Both the position numbers and the translations under genes were made by a program. Positions 27,450 to 35,794 of a stretch of 64,000 bases of DNA are shown in pieces (positions within the stretch are counted from its first letter, which is position 1; every line of letters starts with the position of its first letter). The notes under the pieces are model-generated. The model did no database searches. It was given only the letters and a program-made list of their open reading frames with translations, and was not told where the DNA came from. This DNA comes from an uncultured Candidatus Peribacteria bacterium (GTDB taxonomy: Bacteria > Patescibacteriota > Gracilibacteria > Peribacterales > Peribacteraceae). The stretch is taken from NCBI GenBank assembly GCA_964497975.1, contig CAZCFO010000002.1:115768-179767 (forward strand), read 5' to 3'.

Positions 27450-28463
27450 ATGCCGTCTACGCGCTTCGACCGTGCAATGGCCTGGCTGTACGCATGGTGC
27501 AGCGTTGTGATGACGGTGGGATTATATCTCGACGGATGGTCGCATCAGTTCATCTTCAATCAGATCGATTCGTTCTTCAATCCCTGGCACGCGGTGCTGT
27601 ACGCGGGATTCGCCGCGTGCGCCGTGACGCTCGCTGTGTGGACGTACCTTCGACGCAGCGCATTTCGTACGTTTGCGGATGCCGTTCCGCCGGGGCACGG
27701 ACTCTCGGCCTATGGCGCGATTGCGTTCCTGTGGGGCGGCATCGCCGACCTGACGTGGCATCAGCTTTTCGGTTTCGAAAAAGACATCGAGGGGTTCATC
27801 AGCCCCACGCACCTGGTCCTTGCCGCCGGCATGGCGCTGATGCTTGCGGGCAACGTGCGCCACTGGTCACGCACGCATGCGCGCGGGGAAAAGACGCATC
27901 TGTGGACAGGGCTGCCGCTCGTGTTGGGCATGCTGTGCATGCTGGCGCAGTGGACCTTCCTCACGCAGTACGGCCGCTACACCGACTTCACCGCGACGGG
28001 CATCTTTCCTGACGATGCATTCTATCGCTTCTGCACGCAGACCGTATCGATCCTCGGCATTCTCGTGTTCAGTGCGCTGCTCTCCGGCCTCTTCACGTAC
28101 GTCGGCCGTCGTGCATCCATCCCGTTCGGTTCGGTCACGGTTGTCCTGACGGCGCAGGTGTTCATGCTTGCGATGATCCGCTACGGCATCGACTTGGTTC
28201 CTGCGGGCATCGCCGCCGGCATCTCCGGAGATGTTTTGCTCCGCTATTTCCCGAAGCGGCTCGCTCAGGAAAGACTGCTGGTGTTTGCATTCACGCTCCC
28301 GGCGCTTTTTTACACGGCCGTACTTCTGGTTCTCCACGTGCACGGTGGGCTGTGGTGGTCCATGCATATCTGGAGCGGCGTGCCGGTATTCGCCGGTGCC
28401 GCTGGGCTTCTGGCCGGACTCGCCGGGACCCCGATGGAGCAGGGAAAGGAAACGGATGCATAG
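27450..28463 (+). CDS. polytopic membrane protein with His motifs, function unknown
   Basis: 337 aa with about 8-9 hydrophobic helices and motifs DGWSHQ, NPWH, LTWHQLFG and SPTH. ATG at 27450, 8 nt after the previous stop. Confidence 0.6.
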   Translation: MPSTRFDRAMAWLYAWCSVVMTVGLYLDGWSHQFIFNQIDSFFNPWHAVLYAGFAACAVTLAVWTYLRRSAFRTFADAVPPGHGLSAYGAIAFLWGGIADLTWHQLFGFEKDIEGFISPTHLVLAAGMALMLAGNVRHWSRTHARGEKTHLWTGLPLVLGMLCMLAQWTFLTQYGRYTDFTATGIFPDDAFYRFCTQTVSILGILVFSALLSGLFTYVGRRASIPFGSVTVVLTAQVFMLAMIRYGIDLVPAGIAAGISGDVLLRYFPKRLAQERLLVFAFTLPALFYTAVLLVLHVHGGLWWSMHIWSGVPVFAGAAGLLAGLAGTPMEQGKETDA

Positions 28464-28575
28464 GACAATTTCAGTCGCTTCGTTTGCCAGATTGTCTCCT
28501 TTGGAAAAGAACAGCGCTTATTTTGACAGTTATAAGTAATTATCGTACCGTGACTCACTTCGTTCCCCCGGTTTT

Positions 28576-31524
28576 ATGGATACCTTCCGCCTTGTGCGCC
28601 GTTTCCCCCTCGCTTTTGCGGGCATCGCTCTGACGTTTCTGCTGCCCATGCACGTGAGCGCATTCGGAAGCACGAACATGATGGTCGACAGCGCGTCGAT
28701 CGTGAAGACCGGACCGTTCACCATCCAGGCCGGAAATTTCATCACGTACACGCTGACGGTAAAGCGCTCGAGCCCCGCCCTCGACATTGTCATCAAGGAT
28801 ACGTTCCCCGCGCACCTCGTCTTCGATCCGGCGCAAAGCACGCCCGGATGCACGATCGCCGGCAACGTGGCAACCTGCAACTGGGCGCGCACGATCAACT
28901 GGTACTCCCCGCAAACGCAGACGACCACCTTCACACTGACGTTCTTCATCCCGCCGGCCAACCCGCCGTGCGTGCTTATCAACACCGCAACCGTGTCGAC
29001 CACTCCGCGCCTGATGTTCGGCGGCGGGCGCGTGGTCCCCAACAACATCATCGTCTACGACTCGGTGACGGCCAATAACACGAGCAGCACCACGACGGCT
29101 GTCACGAACTGCGCGACGAGTTCCTCCTCGTCTTCCTCCAGTTCTTCCAGTTCCGTGCCCACGCAGGGCTGCATCCGCGTCTTCAAGGAAACGTTCAACA
29201 TGCAGGGACAGCAGATCAGCACGGTCGCGCAGTTCACGTTTCATCTCGATGGCGGCGTCAGCGCGGTGAATGATGCGAACGGCGACGCGCTGTTCACCAA
29301 CGTCACTCCCGGAGTCCATACCATCACCGAAATCATCCCCAGCGGATGGACGCAGCTCAACGTCACCCCCGTAGCCGGCGTGGTGGTTGTCGCACCCGGA
29401 AGCCAGTGTGCCGGCGTGGTCTTTAAGAACCAGCAGACGCTTCCGTTCAGTTCCAGTTCCAGCTCCAGCAGCATGTCCAGTGTCCCCACGTCTGGCGGTG
29501 CGGGCTGCATCCGGATCGTCAAGGAAACCTACAACGCGCAAAACCAGCAGATCCCGCCGGTCATGCCGTTCACCTTCACGCTCGACGGCAATCCCGGGCT
29601 TACCGTGACCACCGATGCCTCCGGGGTCGCCACATTCACGGGCGTCGCCGCTCCCGGCGTGCACACCGTCACCGAAAACGTCCCCGCGGGTTGGACCGCC
29701 ATCGGCGTGGACCCCTCAGGCGGCGTCGTGATGGTGAACCCCGGACCGCAGTGTCCGACCATTACGTTTAAAAACCGCCAGAACACCGTCAGCTCCAGCT
29801 CCAGCTCCGTTCCCAGCTCGAGTTCCAGCAGCACGTCCAGCGTGCCGACGTCCGGTGGCGTGGGCTGCATCGAAATTGTGAAGGAGGCTTACAGCGCCCA
29901 GAACCAGCCCATCACGCCCGTGACGCCGTTCACGTTCACGCTTGATGGCAATTCCGGGCTCTCGGTAACGAACAATGCGTCGGGTGTCGCCGTTTTCCAG
30001 AACGTCGCTGCACCGGGCATCCACACGGTTGCCGAAATCGTTCCCGCGGGCTGGACGCTCACAAATGTGACTCCCGCAGGCGGCGTTGTGATGGTCAATC
30101 CCGGTGCACAGTGCACGAGGCTCACCTTCCGCAACCAGCAGAATGCGCCTGCCAGTTCGAGCTCCAGTTCCGTTCCCCCGGCGACCGGGTGCATCCAGAT
30201 TTTGAAGGAAACGTTCAATCCCCAGGGCCAGCCCATCACTCCTGTTGCGCAGTTCACGTACCAGCTGGACGGCGGACCCGTCACCCATAGCGATGGCTCG
30301 GGTAACGCGCAGTTCATCAATGTCACCGCTCCGGGCTTCCATACGATCAGCGAGATCGTTCCTCCGGGATGGACACTCATCAACGTGACGCCGCCGGGCG
30401 GCGTGGTGATGGTGAACCCCGGCAGCCAGTGCTCCGCGGTGGTGTTCAAAAACCAGCAGAACGTGCCGGTCGCCAGCTCCTCCAGTTCCAGCTCAAGCTC
30501 GGTTCCGGCTGCCGCACAGGTGGGCTGCATCGAAATCGTGAAGGAAACTTACACCTCGCAGAACCAGCCAATCACGCCCGTGATGCCGTTCACGTTCACG
30601 CTGGACGGAAATTCCGGATTGTCCGTCACCAATAACTCTGCAGGCGTCGCCGTCTTCCAGAACGTCGCTGCCCCCGGCATCCACACGATCGCCGAGATCG
30701 TGCCCGCCGGCTGGACGCTGACAAACGTCACCCCCGCGGGGGGTGTGGTGATGGTGAACCCCGGCGCGCAGTGCACCCGCGTGACCTTCAAAAACCAGCA
30801 GAACGCCCCCGCCAGCAGCTCCAGCAGCGCCGCTCCCGCAGGCATGGGCTGTATCCGCGTGCAGAAGTCTGCAGGCGTCTCACCGGTCCCGGCGTTCACG
30901 TTCACGCTCGACGGCAACTCCGGCATTTCGGTCACGAATGACGCGGCAGGCGTCGCCGTGTTCCAGAACGTCGCCGCTCCCGGCATGCACCACGTCGACG
31001 AAGCGCCGCTCGCCGGATGGACGCAGGCGTCCGTGTCTCCCGCCGGCGGCAATGTGATGGTCAACCCCGGACCAGACTGCGCCGTCGTGAACTTCGTGAA
31101 CACGCAGGCCGTGAGCTCTTCCAGCTCCAGCTCCTCCTCTCCGGCTTTGGGCTGCATCGACGTGCTCAAGGAAACGTACGACACGCTCGGCAATCCCCTG
31201 CCGCTCACCGCGCAGTTCACCTTCCGGCTCGACAACGGGCCAACCGCGACCAACACCAGCAACGGCCAGGCCCGCTTCAACAACGTGCCGCTCGGCATGC
31301 ACACGGTCACCGAGGATCTTCCCCCGTCGTGGACCCTGCTCTCCGTCACGCCGGTGAACGGCCAGGTGAACGTCACTTCCATCACGCAGTGCGCCACCGT
31401 CGTCTTCAAGAACAAGCAGACGCTCACCGGTCTCGGCGGCTCGTCCTCCAGCGTGAACCCGTTCTGGCTCAATAACACGAACCTGCAGTTCTGGCAGCTG
31501 TTCTACCAGTCACTCAACCCCTGA
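28576..31524 (+). CDS. giant secreted surface protein (982 aa) with 7 Cys-capped repeats and no C-terminal anchor signal
   Basis: Signal peptide MDTFRLVRRFPLAFAGIALTFLLPMHVSA, an N-terminal DUF11-like module (GNFITYTLTVKRSSPALDIVIKDTFP), then 7 repeats separated by Ser linkers. Confidence 0.8.
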   Translation: MDTFRLVRRFPLAFAGIALTFLLPMHVSAFGSTNMMVDSASIVKTGPFTIQAGNFITYTLTVKRSSPALDIVIKDTFPAHLVFDPAQSTPGCTIAGNVATCNWARTINWYSPQTQTTTFTLTFFIPPANPPCVLINTATVSTTPRLMFGGGRVVPNNIIVYDSVTANNTSSTTTAVTNCATSSSSSSSSSSSSVPTQGCIRVFKETFNMQGQQISTVAQFTFHLDGGVSAVNDANGDALFTNVTPGVHTITEIIPSGWTQLNVTPVAGVVVVAPGSQCAGVVFKNQQTLPFSSSSSSSSMSSVPTSGGAGCIRIVKETYNAQNQQIPPVMPFTFTLDGNPGLTVTTDASGVATFTGVAAPGVHTVTENVPAGWTAIGVDPSGGVVMVNPGPQCPTITFKNRQNTVSSSSSSVPSSSSSSTSSVPTSGGVGCIEIVKEAYSAQNQPITPVTPFTFTLDGNSGLSVTNNASGVAVFQNVAAPGIHTVAEIVPAGWTLTNVTPAGGVVMVNPGAQCTRLTFRNQQNAPASSSSSSVPPATGCIQILKETFNPQGQPITPVAQFTYQLDGGPVTHSDGSGNAQFINVTAPGFHTISEIVPPGWTLINVTPPGGVVMVNPGSQCSAVVFKNQQNVPVASSSSSSSSSVPAAAQVGCIEIVKETYTSQNQPITPVMPFTFTLDGNSGLSVTNNSAGVAVFQNVAAPGIHTIAEIVPAGWTLTNVTPAGGVVMVNPGAQCTRVTFKNQQNAPASSSSSAAPAGMGCIRVQKSAGVSPVPAFTFTLDGNSGISVTNDAAGVAVFQNVAAPGMHHVDEAPLAGWTQASVSPAGGNVMVNPGPDCAVVNFVNTQAVSSSSSSSSSPALGCIDVLKETYDTLGNPLPLTAQFTFRLDNGPTATNTSNGQARFNNVPLGMHTVTEDLPPSWTLLSVTPVNGQVNVTSITQCATVVFKNKQTLTGLGGSSSSVNPFWLNNTNLQFWQLFYQSLNP
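29167..31419 (+). repeat. array of 7 in-frame domain repeats of about 100-110 aa
   Basis: Each unit runs GCI..[VIL]K......F.[FL]DG.....D..G.A.F.NV..G.H...E..P.GW......P..G.V.V.....C..V.F.N.Q and is followed by a Ser-rich linker. Confidence 0.85.
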
Positions 31525-31526
31525 CG

Positions 31527-32303
31527 TCAGGCTTCACGCTTCCACTGCATTTCGAAGAGCGCGCCCAGCATGTGAGCCACGGGCGCGTTTTTCATGATGC
31601 ACGCGAACAGCGCGCGGCCCTCGATCGTCGCGATGAAGACCGAGTCGCCGCACGTCATGATTTCCACGGAGGACGGTCCGAAGACGTCTTCGTGGAGCAC
31701 CCGCGTTTCGCGCAGTCTTTCCAGGGTCTGGGCCGCCATGGCCTTCGCTTCGGGACAGTGCGACGCCAGCACCCGGGCCCGGATCTGCTTTTTCTTCCGC
31801 AGTGCGGTCAGCCTCGTGAAGCTCTTCGACAGGTCCGCATGCTCGCCCGAGAGATCCAGCGGCCGCATGAACGAGAGGGTCTCCGAACCGGCCGACGCCT
31901 TCTCGAGCATCTCCTGGTACGCGGCGACGAATCCATCCTTGCCTTCGAAGAAGTGTATGTGGGGAACGCTGGCGGCCCCCGCCATGAGGCCCGTGAGCTG
32001 TCCGGCGACGGCGCGCAGTTCCTCCTGCTGGTCGGCGAGGAGGTCTTTCTGGCGGTCGAGCATTGCCAGGATCCTCTGGGGCGGCTCGCAGGAATAGAGG
32101 TACGTGTTTTTCTTCTTGGTCGCCTTGAGGAAACCGCGCTGGGCCAGCTGGTTGCAGGTGAACTGCGTGGTGCTGCGGACGAGCCGTGCACGCTTGCTGA
32201 TGGTGGAAGCCGGCGCGGCGCCCAGGGGCAGCAGGGCGAGATACACGGCGGCTTCTTTGTCCGTGAGTCCGAGGTTCTGCAGGACGCGTTCGATGGAGGG
32301 CAT
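31527..32303 (-). CDS. TrmB-family transcriptional regulator
   Basis: MPSIERVLQNLGLTDKEAAVYLALLPLGAAPASTISKRARLVRSTTQFTCNQLAQRGFL is a TrmB-type winged helix, followed by a C-terminal effector-like domain. Track ORF trimmed to the ATG at 32303; alternative ATG at 32351. Confidence 0.7.
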   Translation of the reverse strand: MPSIERVLQNLGLTDKEAAVYLALLPLGAAPASTISKRARLVRSTTQFTCNQLAQRGFLKATKKKNTYLYSCEPPQRILAMLDRQKDLLADQQEELRAVAGQLTGLMAGAASVPHIHFFEGKDGFVAAYQEMLEKASAGSETLSFMRPLDLSGEHADLSKSFTRLTALRKKKQIRARVLASHCPEAKAMAAQTLERLRETRVLHEDVFGPSSVEIMTCGDSVFIATIEGRALFACIMKNAPVAHMLGALFEMQWKREA

Positions 32304-32471
32304 GGTCGCATCGTACACGATAATTCTTGAATTGACAAGTATTGTTGGCATCAAATTTTCGCTTAAGAATGCCAAAAAACAAGCATATGGGGGCAATTGT
32401 GCAATAAATCTTGTCGAAATCGACTTCTGTTCATAGAGTTCCTCCTTTTGTCCGCTACCCCCCCCGCTTCC

Positions 32472-35400
32472 ATGGCCCGCCCCCGCTACGGATTCCTGCG
32501 CAGGACAGTTGTTTTCGCCGTGACCGTCAGCACTGCCCTTGCGACGCAGCCGGCCGGCATTGCCCTGGCACTGTCGTCCGACGTCACCCTGAATGTGCAG
32601 CTCCAGGCTCCTGCGGGCCCCTTTGTGGACCATCTCACGAACGCGCTGGCCGTCGCTCCGGGGACGGACATCACCGTGCGCCTGACGTACGATAACCGGA
32701 TGGACCGCGCGGGCACCGACGCCCGCATTCAGGCGATGATCCCCGCCGGCTTCACGCTGCTGCCCGGGACCACGAAAAACTGCCTGCATCCGACGGATTC
32801 CGAGACGTTGTGCAACACGTCCCCCGGCCAGATGGGGCCGATTGTCGAACAGTCGGTCTGGAACGGAAGCTTCCTGGCCATCTCCCCCACTGCGGGAGTC
32901 GAAGGAGTCCCGCCCCATGAGACCATCGGCGTGCTCGAGATGGGCCGCCTGCACTATCTGACGCTCCGCTCGGAAGGCGTCGCCAACTATGAGAACGGCA
33001 ATCCGTACTCGCCGCTCAATACCCGCTGCGCGGCGAACATCAGTTCGCGTTTCGAAAACCCGTACGTCAATTACGCAGTTCCCACGAGCCCGACCTGTCC
33101 CGCCAGCGGCCGCGACCTGTTCGGGCAACGGTGGTTCATCGTCCGCAGCGAGGCCGTCGCCAACTATGAGAACGGCAATCCGCAACCGGCGGTCGATACC
33201 AGCTGCATCCTGAATATTTCCTCGCATTTCCAGAACACCCCCGTCGCCCAGTACGCGGTTCCGGGGAATCCCAGCTGTCCCTCGTATTCGCAGGATACGC
33301 TCGGCAAGCGGTACTACGTTATGCGGTCCGAGGCGGTCGCCAACTACGAGAACGGCAATTTCCAGGATCCCGACATGAACAGCTGCGCCATCAATATTTC
33401 GTCGTACTTCACCAATACCCCCGTCGCCACGTACGCCGTGCCCCGCAACCCCAGCTGTCCGTCGGTGTCACATGACTTGCTCGATCGCACCCGCGGCCGC
33501 GGCTACATCGAATTCCGCATGCGCGCGTCCACCGTGCCGGGCATCTACAACCTGCCCGCCACGATCACCGGCTCCGAATTCACGGCCGCTTCCGATGCCG
33601 GCGCCATCGAGATCCGGGGGCCGGGGACATCCTCGAGTTCCAGTTCCTCTTCCTCCCCCACCGCCTCCTTCGGTTGCATCCGCGTCATCAAGCAGACCCT
33701 CACCTCCGCGGGCGCGCCCTTCACGTCCCCGGAAGCCTTCAGCTTCTGGATGGACGGCAACCAGGGCATCTCCCGGACGACGGACGGCAGCGGCACCGCT
33801 ACGTTCACCAACGTGGCCGCGCCGGGCATGCACCACATCGATGAGTTCGCGAAGCCAGGATGGTTCCTCCAGTCCGTCAGTCCCGCAGGCGGCGACGTGA
33901 TGGTCCAACCGGGTTCCTCGTGCGCGGTCGTCACTTTCGTGAATCGGCAGGGGGCGTCTTCGAGTTCTTCCAGCAGCACTCCGCTCTTCCAGTGCAACGA
34001 CGGCGCCGATAACGACGGCGACGGGAAGATCGATTCCCAGGACCCGGGATGCCACAGCGATGGCAACGCGGCCAATCCCGCCTCGTACGTTTCCACCGAC
34101 AATGACGAGGCAAACCCGGCTGCATGCATTCCTGGCAATCAGCCGACGGTGCTCAAGAGCCAGTTCATCATCACGCCCAACGGCTATTGCTCGAATGCAT
34201 GGCAGTCGCAGATGTGCGCCAACCAGTTGCCAGTGGACTTCGTGCTCGCAAGCAGTACTCCATCCCTCCTCGTCCAGTATCACACCTATTCCGGACACTG
34301 CTCGTCCGTGCGCATCCACATCCGGCTGGATGGCATTCTCAAGACCGTCACCAGGTTCATGGGCTGGCCCACGGACTCCACCGGCTTCCTGGATATCGGC
34401 CCGGTGCCTGCCGGAAATCATCAACTGACATTCCAGGCGGAGGGCACGCCGGGAGGCTGCAATACCGGCACGCTGGGCGGATGGGGCGGCACAGTGAATA
34501 TCGCCCTTCCCGCCCAGAGCTGTCCTGTCGCGCCGCAGTGTTCGGACGCAGCTGATAATGACGGCGACGGCAAGATCGACAGCCAGGATCCGGGGTGTCA
34601 CAGCGACGGCAATGCGGCTAACCCCGCATCCTACGTACCGACGGGCAACGATGAGTTCAATGCCGCGGCGTCCTCGTCATCCTCCAGCAGCTCCACGGCC
34701 AGCACGGGGGTGGGCTGCATCCGCATCGTGAAGCAGGCGCAGAACGCCGCAGGCGCTCCCATCAACTCCACGGAGCCCTTCACCTTCACGCTCGACGGCA
34801 ATCCGTCCCTCAACGTCACCACCGATGCCAACGGGAATGCGACCTTCCAGAACGTCGCCGCCCCCGGCATCCATACGGTCGCTGAACTCTCCAAGAGCGG
34901 ATGGACTCTCCAATCCATGTCCCCCGCAAACGGCGAGGTTCTGGTCCAGCCCGGAGGCAACTGCGCGGTTCTCACGGTCGTGAACCGCCAGACAGGAGCT
35001 TCCAGCTCAAGTTCGAGCTCTTCCATCGGTCAGGGCTGCATCAAGGTCTTCAAGGAGACGTACAACGCCAGCGGCCAGCCGATCGCGACCGTCGCCCAGT
35101 TCACCTTCGTCCTCGACGGAGGGGTCCAGATCCAGAATGACGCAAACGGCAACGCCCAGTTCAACGCTGTCTCCACCGGCGTCCACACCGTCACCGAGGT
35201 CCTTCCCCAGGGCTGGAACCAGCTCAACGTCACGCCCGCTTCGGGCGTCGTGATCGTCTCCCCCGGCAGCCAGTGCGCCGGCGTGGTCTTCAAGAACCAG
35301 CAGACGCTGCCCGTCAGCAGCTCCGTCGCGAATGCCAACACCGGCTGCATCCGCATCGTCAAGCAGACGGTCACGTCGGCGGGGGCGCCCATCACTCCGG

Positions 35401-35633
35401 TTGAGCCGTTCACCTTCATCCTCGATGGCAATCCGAGCCTGAATGCGGTGAATGACGCCTCCGGAACGGCCATCATCCAGAACGTCGCCGCTCCGGGCAT
35501 GCACCAGATCACGGAAACCCCCAAAGCCGGTTGGACAGTCCAATCGATGTCGCCGGTTAACGGCGACGTGATGGTCCAGCCGGGTTCCGCCTGCGCCACC
35601 CTGACGATCGTCAACCGAAAGACAGGGGGGTGA
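32472..35633 (+). CDS. giant secreted surface protein (1053 aa) with a novel triple Cys repeat, 4 Cys-capped repeats and two DNDGDG modules
   Basis: Signal-like N-terminus MARPRYGFLRRTVVFAVTVSTALATQPAGIALA. Module composition was read directly from the translation. Trimmed to the ATG at 32472 because the track start is TTG. Confidence 0.8.
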   Translation: MARPRYGFLRRTVVFAVTVSTALATQPAGIALALSSDVTLNVQLQAPAGPFVDHLTNALAVAPGTDITVRLTYDNRMDRAGTDARIQAMIPAGFTLLPGTTKNCLHPTDSETLCNTSPGQMGPIVEQSVWNGSFLAISPTAGVEGVPPHETIGVLEMGRLHYLTLRSEGVANYENGNPYSPLNTRCAANISSRFENPYVNYAVPTSPTCPASGRDLFGQRWFIVRSEAVANYENGNPQPAVDTSCILNISSHFQNTPVAQYAVPGNPSCPSYSQDTLGKRYYVMRSEAVANYENGNFQDPDMNSCAINISSYFTNTPVATYAVPRNPSCPSVSHDLLDRTRGRGYIEFRMRASTVPGIYNLPATITGSEFTAASDAGAIEIRGPGTSSSSSSSSSPTASFGCIRVIKQTLTSAGAPFTSPEAFSFWMDGNQGISRTTDGSGTATFTNVAAPGMHHIDEFAKPGWFLQSVSPAGGDVMVQPGSSCAVVTFVNRQGASSSSSSSTPLFQCNDGADNDGDGKIDSQDPGCHSDGNAANPASYVSTDNDEANPAACIPGNQPTVLKSQFIITPNGYCSNAWQSQMCANQLPVDFVLASSTPSLLVQYHTYSGHCSSVRIHIRLDGILKTVTRFMGWPTDSTGFLDIGPVPAGNHQLTFQAEGTPGGCNTGTLGGWGGTVNIALPAQSCPVAPQCSDAADNDGDGKIDSQDPGCHSDGNAANPASYVPTGNDEFNAAASSSSSSSSTASTGVGCIRIVKQAQNAAGAPINSTEPFTFTLDGNPSLNVTTDANGNATFQNVAAPGIHTVAELSKSGWTLQSMSPANGEVLVQPGGNCAVLTVVNRQTGASSSSSSSSIGQGCIKVFKETYNASGQPIATVAQFTFVLDGGVQIQNDANGNAQFNAVSTGVHTVTEVLPQGWNQLNVTPASGVVIVSPGSQCAGVVFKNQQTLPVSSSVANANTGCIRIVKQTVTSAGAPITPVEPFTFILDGNPSLNAVNDASGTAIIQNVAAPGMHQITETPKAGWTVQSMSPVNGDVMVQPGSACATLTIVNRKTGG
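32970..33506 (+). repeat. three in-frame tandem repeats of about 59-60 aa
   Basis: Units begin at 32970, 33147 and 33327: SE[GA]VANYENGN......C..NISS.F.N..V..YAVP..P.CP. Two Cys per unit. Confidence 0.8.
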
Positions 35634-35680
35634 CGCTATTTCCGGAAAAAGGGGTTTTTCTCGGGGGAATAGCGGATAAA

Positions 35681-35711
35681 GCCAAAGCCGGCATTGCGCC
35701 GGCTTTTTGGC
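35681..35711 (+). terminator. rho-independent terminator after the 1053-aa gene
   Basis: GCCAAAGCCGGC-attgc-GCCGGCTTTTTGGC: a 9-bp perfect GC-rich core stem extended by outer pairs, with a T run. Confidence 0.65.
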
Positions 35712-35762
35712 TTCCTAGGGGTATTTGGGGCCAAATTTGGACTATACATCAATAAAATTGTG

Positions 35763-35771
35763 TGATATAAC
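35763..35771 (+). promoter_or_regulatory. putative extended -10 element (TGATATAAC)
   Basis: Same 9-mer as at 24622-24630, 23 nt before the ATG at 35795, in an AT-rich gap. Confidence 0.3.
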
Positions 35772-35794
35772 TTCCCCCTTTTGTCCCCAATCCT

